Assembly: GCA_963666985.2 (NCBI GenBank)
Contig: CAXXIA010000002.1
Coordinates: 1,280,001-1,344,000 of the forward strand
DNA: 64,000 bases
Direction: 5' to 3'
Source of the DNA: Spirochaetia bacterium
Lineage (GTDB): Bacteria; Spirochaetota; Spirochaetia; DSM-2461
The position numbers were made by a program, and so were the translations under genes. Of this stretch, positions 49,532 through 59,400 are shown one piece after another. How positions within the stretch are numbered: position 1 is the first letter of the stretch; each line of letters starts with the position of its first letter. The notes below the pieces were generated by a model, which ran no database searches, was not told the DNA's origin, and was given only the letters and a program-made list of their open reading frames with translations.

Positions 49532-50410
49532 CTACAGTTTGAACGCCAGGCCCAGAGTCACTCCGAATTCCAAGGAATCGAGCCGGTAATCAGGGAACTC
49601 CCTGTTGGGATCGAAGTCCGGATTATCGGCCAGGGCCATATCCAGCAGACTCGGCGGGATGGTAAGAAACTTCGGTTTGAAGAAACTGTAATCAACAAAG
49701 GCGCCGAGTACCAATTCGGTCGTCGGGAGGATAAAAATGTTGTACTCAAAATTCAGCCGCGCGGAAAGCATAAAGGGATTGGCCTTCTCCCGGATCTCTT
49801 CGGAAACGATAACGGTCCCGACTTCCGTATCGATGATATCCGGTTCGGTGCTGTAACACAGGTATTCCGGCGTCATGTCGGCGATCATTCGGCCGCCGAT
49901 CGACAAACCGACAGACAGCTTATTGTCGAAAAAATACGCTTTCCCCGTTACGCCGAAATTGATCACCGGAAGGTAGTCGACCGAGACGAAAATGTCGAAC
50001 TCCTCGCCGCTTTCCTCGGCGGTGATAATCTGCGAAGTGTTTCCCTGGGAAAACCCAAGATAAAGAAAAACACCCGCACCGCTGAAGGGTGAGGCTTTTT
50101 TGAACGTGAAAAAATCGTCGGAACGGAAAATATAACCGACTTCAACCTCGCCGCCCATCAGCAGATTGCTCATGTTGCCGGTCATTCCGGTGGCCCGGCT
50201 GTTCAGGTATTCCAGGCTTTCGTCACTGATTTTCGGCAAAGTCAATCCTCCGGCAAATTGGGAGCGTAATTGGAGATTGAATCCGCTCTCGAAGCCGTGA
50301 AGGAGCGCGGGAATGAAGAAGAGGACCATAAGAAGCACCGATAAAGGATGCGGACTTTTCGGAAGGAAAAAACAAACAGAAAAAACAGAAGGTTTCAATG
50401 AGGGGCGCAT
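49532..50410 (-). CDS. Putative small outer-membrane beta-barrel protein
   Basis: Signal-like N-terminus, alternating hydrophobic strands, C-terminal LEFGVTLGLAFKL. Confidence 0.6.
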   Translation of the reverse strand: MRPSLKPSVFSVCFFLPKSPHPLSVLLMVLFFIPALLHGFESGFNLQLRSQFAGGLTLPKISDESLEYLNSRATGMTGNMSNLLMGGEVEVGYIFRSDDFFTFKKASPFSGAGVFLYLGFSQGNTSQIITAEESGEEFDIFVSVDYLPVINFGVTGKAYFFDNKLSVGLSIGGRMIADMTPEYLCYSTEPDIIDTEVGTVIVSEEIREKANPFMLSARLNFEYNIFILPTTELVLGAFVDYSFFKPKFLTIPPSLLDMALADNPDFDPNREFPDYRLDSLEFGVTLGLAFKL

Positions 50411-50560
50411 GATTGCCTTCCTTGGTGAATCGGTATGCGATGATTCGCTTCATCGCTTTTTAACAGTAATGATAACACAAATATTTTAACATAGCCTAAT
50501 TCCGGGAAAGAAGGCGCAGATCCTCCGGCCATTGCATCCCCGGCCGAACGCCGCCCGCCC

Positions 50561-50589
50561 TTGAGGCAATCCCCCCTGCGGATTATCCT
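50561..50589 (+). promoter_or_regulatory. Sigma70 promoter TTGAGG-17-TATCCT, 6 nt before ATG 50596
   Basis: Read from sequence. Confidence 0.55.
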
Positions 50590-50595
50590 CGTTCA

Positions 50596-51453
50596 ATGCT
50601 CACCGAAGACGAACAGGACCTTCTGGCCTACCTGGAAGGCTTTCTCACACAGCGCCGCAAAGAACGGATGCGGATGGTTCTGGAACAGAGAACCCGCTAT
50701 ATAGCCTGCGTCCTGGAAGATCTCTACGACCCCCGAAACGGCAGCGCCGTTATCCGCCACTGCGACGCCCTGGGCGTCCATGAAATCCATGCCGTTGAAA
50801 ATAAAAACCGTTTCCGTTCCGATGAGCAGGTGGACATGGGCACCGCGCAATGGCTGGATTTGCGGGTCTACCGCAATAACGACGGCATTCCCCGAACCGT
50901 AAAAGCCCGGCGCCGCGCTCTGGCCGAAGCAAAAGCCCGGGCAAAAGTGTCGGCCGCCGCCGGACACTCCGCCGACTCACCCGATGCAGACAAGACCAAT
51001 CCCGAAAACCTCGCAGCCGCGGCAGCCGAGTCCATCAAACCGCCATCCCGCACACCGGCCGTTCTTGCTTCCCTTAAAGACCGCGGATACCGCATCGTCG
51101 CCACGAGCCCTCACACCGATGATGTAACGCCCGAAACCTTGGATTTGGCCTCCGGACCCGTGGCCGTGGTGTTCGGTACCGAAAAATACGGCATCTCCGA
51201 AGCCGTTCGCGAATCGGCCGATGTTTTCCTGCGCATTCCCATGGTGGGATTCGTGGAAAGCTTCAACATCTCGGCCAGCGCCGCCATCGTGTTCCATGTG
51301 CTCTCCGGACGGCTCCGCGGCGAGAATCTCCCCTGGCATCTGGCGCCTGAAGATGCCGAGCGCATCTACTTCAACTGGGTTTGCCGCGGCACACCGCATG
51401 CCGAGAAACTGATTAAAAAGTTCAAAAATATCCGGGAGCAGCGGCACGGATAG
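50596..51453 (+). CDS. trmH: TrmH family (SpoU) tRNA Gm18 2'-O-methyltransferase with an internal insertion
   Basis: VLEDLYDPRNGSAVIR, VFGTEKYGIS and IPMVGFVESFNISASAA motifs. Confidence 0.85.
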   Translation: MLTEDEQDLLAYLEGFLTQRRKERMRMVLEQRTRYIACVLEDLYDPRNGSAVIRHCDALGVHEIHAVENKNRFRSDEQVDMGTAQWLDLRVYRNNDGIPRTVKARRRALAEAKARAKVSAAAGHSADSPDADKTNPENLAAAAAESIKPPSRTPAVLASLKDRGYRIVATSPHTDDVTPETLDLASGPVAVVFGTEKYGISEAVRESADVFLRIPMVGFVESFNISASAAIVFHVLSGRLRGENLPWHLAPEDAERIYFNWVCRGTPHAEKLIKKFKNIREQRHG

Positions 51454-51591
51454 ACCGCTGAAAGAGGCGAAGAGGAATCCGTTTTTTGGGGCGGCATAGC
51501 CGGCTCTCCGCTCAAACGGCCTAATCCGCCCTGCTTTATCCGGCTTTGCTCTCGCCGGTGCTGGTCGGAAGCACCCCAGAATGGGGTCTCC

Positions 51592-54500
51592 CTACTTCAC
51601 CACCAGCACTTTCCGAATCTGATCAATCCCGCCGGGACCGACGTAACGGACGAAATAAATGCCCCGGGCCACCACGTTGCCCGCGCGGTTCCGGCCGTTC
51701 CAGGAAACCGAATATTCTCCGGCGCTCTGATAGCCTCTCTGGAGAATCTCCACCAAACCGCCGGCCAAATCGAACACCTGTATCACCACGGTTCCGCCTT
51801 GCGAGAGTTCATAATGAATCGTGGTGCGTTCGTTGCGGTTCGGATTGATGATGTTGTTCAGGATGGAAATGCCCCCGGCCTGGGTAACCACGTTGCGAAT
51901 CTTGATGGTCCACGGGCGCACCAGACGGTACCAGTTGCTCGCCGTGTCATCCTCGCAGCGGGCGGCATAAAGATCGGCCGCGGTAAGATAGAAAAAGAAA
52001 TCCAAATCGGTACCGTTCACGATTTTCGAATTCGTGGACAGCCAGTCGCTCGTATTCTCATAAAGATTCGTCGTTAAACCCGTCATGGATCCACTGTCAG
52101 CCGAAGTCCAGGGAGCGGGTACCAGACCCGAAAAATTTCCGTCCGCACCGGTAACTTCGGTGAAACTCGGGAGCCAAAGTCCGTTCGTTTTGTAAGCGGA
52201 TGTCACCGAGTTGTCCCAGTAAAGATCAATCCCCACAGAAGCCAAATCGCTGTGCAGGTGGGCCTGCAGTTCGATATCCTCGTCCTGCAGGAAGTCCGAT
52301 CCGTCGAAGTCCGTGATAATTCCCACACCCACGCCGCCGGAGGGCTGGGTATTCCCCGTGGCCACCACGGGCTCCACCATACCGTTACCGACGATGCCCA
52401 GGGCGATATCCGAAACACGATGGTCGCTGTCGACAAGAACATCGGCCGTATCCACCGGATCACCGGAATCCACGGCATAGGTGCTCGCCGGAGAAGTCAC
52501 ATCCTGCACATTTAAAACGTTTATGCCCGTATTCGCGTAAATTTCGGCTACCGAGACCGAATCGGAGAGAACAAGCAGAGCTTCCCTCATCGAGGAGCCC
52601 GAACTCGGCGTAATCACCGTACAGGAAGAGACCGTCGAACCCAGTCCGCTCACATCAAAGTTGTCCGTCCAATCAGCAGGCGTGCCATCGGTGGATTCCA
52701 GAGGTTCCGAGAAATGAATAAACACCTCGTTTCTCGGAGAATCTGCCACCGCCAAGGTGTAGCCGATAATGGGCGCCGCATCGTCATACGGAATTTCCTC
52801 GTCCTTCGAAGGATAAATCGCCAAAGGCAGCCCTGTAACACCGTTGTCTATAAGAGTGTTGTTCCAGTCGAAACGCCAGGCCGGAGTAATTCCCGTATCC
52901 AGGGAATCCGAGGGCTCAAGATTGATATGGAACTGCGTTGCCGAAGCTCCATCAGACAGACCGGTTACGGTGTAGCCGTCGACCGTTATCCCCACATCGT
53001 CATACGCATTTTGAGAACTTTGCTTCATGCTCACAACAGAGTGAACATTGATATAATCAATCCGGCCGTCGTTATCTTCATCGACCGTTACCGAATAATC
53101 GACATAGACCTCGCGGAACCACCCGATACAGTTATCGTTCCAGGCATTATCCGGCAAAACCTGAGGCTCGCTTGTCGCGTCGGAATCCCGTAAATAAACA
53201 TACTCCAGATTCATTCCCGCGTCGGCGCCTTTTTCGAATTCCCAATAAGTTCCGCTGCTTGAAGAAATCAGGAACACCCACGAACTTCCCGAATCGGGGA
53301 TGGCCGTATTCATCGTGTAAGAGGCCGGAGGCGTGGAACCCCGGACATCGAAATTCGCTCCTGCGTCGTTCGGGATGGTCGTCCTGGCGCCCTGCTCGAA
53401 GTAAACGATTTTACCGCCGACATCGGCAGCGGTGCCGGTTTGATCCAGACAATTAAAACCGTAAAACGTATTGTCTCCGGCAATCAGCGCCGGATAGTCG
53501 CCCAGAAGATTAAAGGTGCCGCTGTTATGCGTGAACGTACCGACGTCATTGTTCAAAGAGCCGTAAAGATTAATCGTGTTGCCGCCGGTGTCCAGGGAAC
53601 CGCCACCAAGAATATAGATGCCCATCAGCTCGGTTTCAGGATCGTAGCTGGATTCCACTGGTTCGGTGAGAACATCGTCTTCATCCCCCGAATGCCCGAA
53701 CACGGTGATATCCTGCCCCATGGTAACGGCGCATCCGTTGATGATGAGGTGCCAGAAGTAGGCCGTCGTATCGGCCGTGCCGTCGGAAAATACAGAAAGA
53801 TCGGCCGCCGCATTATAAAACTCGACAATGCCGAGTTCCTCTTCCTGGGAATAAGGCATATCGATATCGGCGGGGCTGCCGGTTACCCGAAGGCGTCCCA
53901 ATTCGTAGGGAGTGCCGCACGCTGCTCCCGTCCAGCTTGCATCCGTGATAAGCGCGTCGTAGTTGTTGGCAACATCCAGGCTCCAATTGTTCAAATCGAG
54001 AACCGGCGCGGCGGCAAGAGTATTGTCTCCGCTCTTAGTGAAGACCAGGTCGGTTCCGACGGTTAAAGCCAGAGTGCCGCCGGAATCCGTCACCATATCG
54101 AGCAGTGTATCAACACTGCCCGCGACGGTATCGTCGTTCAAGGTCAGATTGTTTACCGCCAGGCTGTAATCGACAACCTGCAGCTCGCAGTCGTCGATAA
54201 CCAGATTCCGGAAATCATTCCCGGCCCCGCCGCTACTCAGCACCGACACCGTATCGGCATCGCTCTGGTCCACGAAAGTAACCGTGGCGCCGCCTGAGCC
54301 TGAATTGAAAGCCGCCGCCGTATCCGAATAGGTCCAATCACCCTCAATCTGAATATCGTAATTTCCAGTGGCCAGCGCACCGCCTCCGGCGCTCACAACC
54401 AAATCCCCATCGATTTGAATATCCGAGTTTAGAGTCAGAGTATTCGCGGCATCCTTGCTGATGGTGATGTTCCCGAACATTTCGCTCGTTGCGCCGATAC

Positions 54501-56436
54501 CGTTGGTGGCAACCGTTGTATTCGAATCTCCTGTAAAAATGACCGTGGAACCGGTGGAATCGAAATAGGAATTCGCGGCGGTGGAAACCCAATCCCCGTA
54601 AAGGGTATGTGTTAGGCCGTTCAAATCCCATGTTCCGGCGGTAAGGGTTAAATCCCCATAGATTGTCCAAATGCCCGTCGAGGTAACGGTATTCCCATTA
54701 TCATTAACAGTCAGATTGTGGAAGTTGTATGCACCGGCGCCGCCCCCGGCGGTGCCGTTCGTGAAAACGACAATCGAATCCACATCATCGTTTGTAAGAT
54801 TATCGCCCGGTGCAAATGACGTCGAGGTAAGGTTACGGCCCACGTTGATTGTGGCCGTCCCGGTAATATCATTAACGGTAACGGTGGTAATCGAAAGATC
54901 CCTCGCGGCGGTCAGTGTAGCCGTATCGGAAATATTGACTGTTCCGCTGCCGGTTATATCCCGGCCCGCGCTGAGAACCTGGTCATCAAGTTCATAAGTG
55001 TTGTTCGCGGCAACATTCACATCCCGGCCCGCATACACATCAACATTCGCCGCCGGTGTGATATCATTTCCCGTCCCAGCAATGAAAATCACATCCTGCG
55101 GCGGTGTCGTTCCGCCGATATCCGCTCCGAGGTTGATATCACCTCCTGCGGTTAGGGTTAGATCATGGGTAGCTGCGGTATTATCGTTCACCGTCGCCGT
55201 ACCGCCGAGATTAATTTCACCGCCGGAAGCTGTAAAATCGGTATCGGCCTGAAGCTGGATAGGATCGTTAAGACTCAGACCGTTCGCATGAGCGGTTGTT
55301 ATGGTATCCGCCGCGTCCGTCTCGGTAATGATGATGGTACCATTCGCATCGAAAACTTGGATTTCACCGGTATTGGCACCGGTATCCACAACCTCGGCGA
55401 TTGTTATATTTCCGCCGGCAACAAAGTCCAGATTATTACCATTGGTAATTATGCCGTTATAGGTTGTGGGGGTATTTTCGGTAATCGAACCGATGGTAAT
55501 GCCGTTGGCATCCTCATATCTGATATATCCCGTCACATCGGCGGCAATCGCGGCCATGCTGTTCCCGCCGGCAATGTCGAGCTCAAAAGGGCCGACTCCC
55601 AGCAGTAGAAGTCCCGTGCCGGAACATGTCGCCGACTGAGAGACCGTACCGCCGGCATCCAGGAAAATATCCCCGTTTCCAGAGGTTAATGCCGCATTCA
55701 GCGTTATCGCCGCTGACGATGTCAAATCGATATCGCCGACGAGCGTATTCGTATTGATTGCCTGACTGACCGTTATATCTCCACCCGTCGAGCTGATCGT
55801 TACCGTATCATTGCTCGTGGTGATGCCGCTCGTCCCGTCGACCGTCCCGACCGTTATCCCCCCGGCCGCGTCCGTGAAGCTGATCGCATCCCCGGTACTC
55901 CCGGCCAGCGTCGTTACCGTGTTGTTTTGGGTCAGCGTATACGGGCCGGTCCCCAACAGCTCCACTCCGGGAGAATTGATGATCTGAGCGGCATTCTGCG
56001 TCACCGCTCCGCCTGAGTTCAAAGAGAAAATGCCCGTCGCCGTTATCGCATTCAACGTCAGATCATCCGTATCACGGATGCTCACCGTCGCACCATTGGT
56101 TACAGCAACCGTTCCAAAATCATTGCCTGCATTGGTGAGCGTTACATTCGCAGCACCGGCGATGATCGTTGTCGTCTGGCCGTCGTTGCTGATCGCTCCA
56201 CTCTGGGTGAGGTTTCCGCCGCTCTGAAGCGTCAAAGCTCCACTCACCGTCGAAGTGCCTATAATCAATGCATCCGTATCCCGGATGCTCACAGCCGCTC
56301 CGCTGGTTATTACGACTGTCGCAAAGTTATTGCTTGCATCATCCAGCGTAATAGCACCGGCTCCGGCCTGAAGCGTCGTTATCCCGCCGCTTGCCGTCAC
56401 AACTCCACTCTGGGTTATGCTGTGAGTCGCTCCCAA
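51592..56436 (-). CDS. C-terminal part of a giant surface/adhesin protein (beta-helix repeats, C-terminal FlgD-Ig/T9SS-CTD-like domain); frameshifted continuation of 56339..62161
   Basis: Begins mid-repeat (GATHSITQSG) with no signal peptide or SD; ends NNIINP...SWNGRNRAGNVVARGIYF...KVLVVK. Confidence 0.85.
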   Translation of the reverse strand: MGATHSITQSGVVTASGGITTLQAGAGAITLDDASNNFATVVITSGAAVSIRDTDALIIGTSTVSGALTLQSGGNLTQSGAISNDGQTTTIIAGAANVTLTNAGNDFGTVAVTNGATVSIRDTDDLTLNAITATGIFSLNSGGAVTQNAAQIINSPGVELLGTGPYTLTQNNTVTTLAGSTGDAISFTDAAGGITVGTVDGTSGITTSNDTVTISSTGGDITVSQAINTNTLVGDIDLTSSAAITLNAALTSGNGDIFLDAGGTVSQSATCSGTGLLLLGVGPFELDIAGGNSMAAIAADVTGYIRYEDANGITIGSITENTPTTYNGIITNGNNLDFVAGGNITIAEVVDTGANTGEIQVFDANGTIIITETDAADTITTAHANGLSLNDPIQLQADTDFTASGGEINLGGTATVNDNTAATHDLTLTAGGDINLGADIGGTTPPQDVIFIAGTGNDITPAANVDVYAGRDVNVAANNTYELDDQVLSAGRDITGSGTVNISDTATLTAARDLSITTVTVNDITGTATINVGRNLTSTSFAPGDNLTNDDVDSIVVFTNGTAGGGAGAYNFHNLTVNDNGNTVTSTGIWTIYGDLTLTAGTWDLNGLTHTLYGDWVSTAANSYFDSTGSTVIFTGDSNTTVATNGIGATSEMFGNITISKDAANTLTLNSDIQIDGDLVVSAGGGALATGNYDIQIEGDWTYSDTAAAFNSGSGGATVTFVDQSDADTVSVLSSGGAGNDFRNLVIDDCELQVVDYSLAVNNLTLNDDTVAGSVDTLLDMVTDSGGTLALTVGTDLVFTKSGDNTLAAAPVLDLNNWSLDVANNYDALITDASWTGAACGTPYELGRLRVTGSPADIDMPYSQEEELGIVEFYNAAADLSVFSDGTADTTAYFWHLIINGCAVTMGQDITVFGHSGDEDDVLTEPVESSYDPETELMGIYILGGGSLDTGGNTINLYGSLNNDVGTFTHNSGTFNLLGDYPALIAGDNTFYGFNCLDQTGTAADVGGKIVYFEQGARTTIPNDAGANFDVRGSTPPASYTMNTAIPDSGSSWVFLISSSSGTYWEFEKGADAGMNLEYVYLRDSDATSEPQVLPDNAWNDNCIGWFREVYVDYSVTVDEDNDGRIDYINVHSVVSMKQSSQNAYDDVGITVDGYTVTGLSDGASATQFHINLEPSDSLDTGITPAWRFDWNNTLIDNGVTGLPLAIYPSKDEEIPYDDAAPIIGYTLAVADSPRNEVFIHFSEPLESTDGTPADWTDNFDVSGLGSTVSSCTVITPSSGSSMREALLVLSDSVSVAEIYANTGINVLNVQDVTSPASTYAVDSGDPVDTADVLVDSDHRVSDIALGIVGNGMVEPVVATGNTQPSGGVGVGIITDFDGSDFLQDEDIELQAHLHSDLASVGIDLYWDNSVTSAYKTNGLWLPSFTEVTGADGNFSGLVPAPWTSADSGSMTGLTTNLYENTSDWLSTNSKIVNGTDLDFFFYLTAADLYAARCEDDTASNWYRLVRPWTIKIRNVVTQAGGISILNNIINPNRNERTTIHYELSQGGTVVIQVFDLAGGLVEILQRGYQSAGEYSVSWNGRNRAGNVVARGIYFVRYVGPGGIDQIRKVLVVK

Positions 56437-59400
56437 ACCCGGTCACTACCGTCAATGTCCCGGTTACCGTACAAGTTCCTAATATAATCGCATTCATATC
56501 CCGGAATGAGGCATCATTCACGTTATCGATCGTGCCCAGATTTACCGTATCAAAATCACTATCCCCATCAGAGTTCGAAAAATCCAAATCATTATTGTTC
56601 AGATTCACCGTCAGAGTTCCGGCGATGATCGGATTATCTCCGTCTCCAACATTTCCATCACCGCGAAGCGTCAAACTCCCACTCGTCTCCATTCCAGAGA
56701 GTCCCGCGCCAGCCTCAACAACATCAAAGCCATCAACATCCCGATAACTGATCGCTCCGGCAGCACTCGCTCCATCGGCCAGATTCCGGCTCCGAAGACT
56801 TACAGAAGCAAAGGCGTTCCCCGCATTCTCAAGCGTTATCGCTCCACCCGCATCGTTGTAGGTGGTCACAATAAGCGTATCTCCGCTCAATATCCCGCTC
56901 TGACCCACACTGTCCCGGCTGCGCAACTCAAGAGTTCCGCTCACTGCTATCGCCGCCATCGTTATCGCAGGCGTGTTGTACAACGTCACATTCAGCAGCG
57001 ATGTTCCGCTCGAATAATTAAAATCTATCGTTCCCTGTAAATCATTCCAGCCCGCATCCAGCGTTACGCTGTCACCCCCGGGGGCGGTAAAACTGCTCGT
57101 CGAGGTGACCGATAAAACTCCGCTCTGGGTGATATCACCTCCGGCTACCACCGTATAGGTATCACTCACCGTCGAGGTGCCTAAAATCAACTCATTCGAA
57201 TCCACGATGCTCACCGTCGCACCACTGGTTACAGCAACTGTCCCAAAATTATTGCCTGTATTCTCAAGAGTCACATTCGCAGCAACGGCTATAATCGTTG
57301 TCGTCTGACCATCGTTGCTGATCGCTCCAATCTGGGTGAGATTATCTCCAACCGTTCCTCCGGTCTGAAGCGTTAAATCTCCACTCACCGTCGAGGTCCC
57401 GATTTCCAGATCATCTGAATCCACGATGCTTACCGTCGCACCATTGGTTACAGCAACCGTTCCAAAGTCATTGCTCGCATTGGTCAGCGTCACATTCGCA
57501 GCACCGGCTATGATCGTTGTCGTCTGACCATCGTTACTGATCGCTCCAATCTGGGTGAGATTATCTCCAACCGTTCCTCCGGTCTGAAGCGTTAAAGCAC
57601 CGCTAACCGATGAGGTGCCGATTTCCAGATCATCCGTATCACGGATGCTTACCGTCGCACCATTGGTTACAGCAACCGTTCCAAAATCATTGCCTGCATT
57701 GGTGAGCGTTACATTCGCAGCACCGGCGATGATCGTTGTCGTCTGGCCGTCGTTGCTGATCGCTCCACTCTGGGTGAGGTTTCCGCCGCTCTGAAGCGTC
57801 AAAGCTCCACTCACCGTCGAAGTGCCTATAATCAATGCATCCGTATCCCGGATGCTCACAGCCGCTCCGCTGGTTATTACGACTGTCGCAAAGTTATTGC
57901 TTGCATCATCCAGCGTAATAGCACCGGCTCCGGCCTGAAGCGTCGTTATCCCGCCGCTTGCCGTCACAACTCCACTCTGGGTTATGCTGTGAGTCGCTCC
58001 CAAACCGGTCACTACCGTCAATGTCCCGGTTACCGTACAAGTTCCTAATATAATCGCATTCATATCCCGGAATGAGGCATCATTCACGTTATCGATCGTG
58101 CCCAGATTTACCGTATCAAAATCACTATCCCCATCAGAGTTCGAAAAATCCAAATCATTATTGTTCAGATTCACCGTCAGAGTTCCGGCGATGATCGGAT
58201 TATCTCCGTCTCCAACATTTCCATCACCGCGAAGCGTCAAACTCCCACTCGTCTCCATTCCAGAGAGTCCCGCGCCAGCCTCAACAACATCAAAGCCATC
58301 AACATCCCGATAACTGATCGCTCCGGCAGCACTCGCTCCATCGGCCAGATTCCGGCTCCGAAGACTTACAGAAGCAAAGGCGTTCCCCGCATTCTCAAGC
58401 GTTATCGCTCCACCCGCATCGTTGTAGGTGGTCACAATAAGCGTATCTCCGCTCAATATCCCGCTCTGACCCACACTGTCCCGGCTGCGCAACTCAAGAG
58501 TTCCGCTCACTGCTATCGCCGCCATCGTTATCGCAGGCGTGTTGTACAACGTCACATTCAGCAGCGATGTTCCGCTCGAATAATTAAAATCTATCGTTCC
58601 CTGTAAATCATTCCAGCCCGCATCCAGCGTTACGCTGTCACCCCCGGGGGCGGTAAAACTGCTCGTCGAGGTGACCGATAAAACTCCGCTCTGGGTGATA
58701 TCACCTCCGGCTACCACCGTATAGGTATCACTCACCGTCGAGGTGCCTAAAATCAACTCATTCGAATCCACGATGCTCACCGTCGCACCACTGGTTACAG
58801 CAACTGTCCCAAAATTATTGCCTGTATTCTCAAGAGTCACATTCGCAGCAACGGCTATAATCGTTGTCGTCTGACCATCGTTGCTGATCGCTCCAATCTG
58901 GGTGAGATTATCTCCAACCGTTCCTCCGGTCTGAAGCGTTAAATCTCCACTCACCGTCGAGGTCCCGATTTCCAGATCATCTGAATCCACGATGCTTACC
59001 GTCGCACCATTGGTTACAGCAACCGTTCCAAAGTCATTGCTCGCATTGGTCAGCGTCACATTCGCAGCACCGGCTATGATCGTTGTCGTCTGACCATCGT
59101 TACTGATCGCTCCAATCTGGGTGAGATTATCTCCAACCGTTCCTCCGGTCTGAAGCGTTAAAGCACCGCTAACCGATGAGGTGCCGATTTCCAGATCATC
59201 CGTATCACGGATGCTCACCGTCGCACCATTGGTTACAGCAACCGTTCCAAAATCATTGCCTGCATTGGTGAGCGTTACATTCGCAGCACCGGCGATGATC
59301 GTTGTCGTCTGGCCGTCGTTGCTGATCGCTCCACTCTGGGTGAGGTTTCCGCCGCTCTGAAGCGTCAAAGCTCCACTCACCGTCGAAGTGCCTATAATCA

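Noticed and set aside
51454..51591. Possible repeat-element remnant between convergent genes
   Set aside because: No second copy in the window and no clear stem; cannot be supported.
56431..56445. Programmed ribosomal frameshift or classic slipped-strand tract
   Set aside because: The run is only 3 nt, and the identical context in the sister repeats is read in frame.
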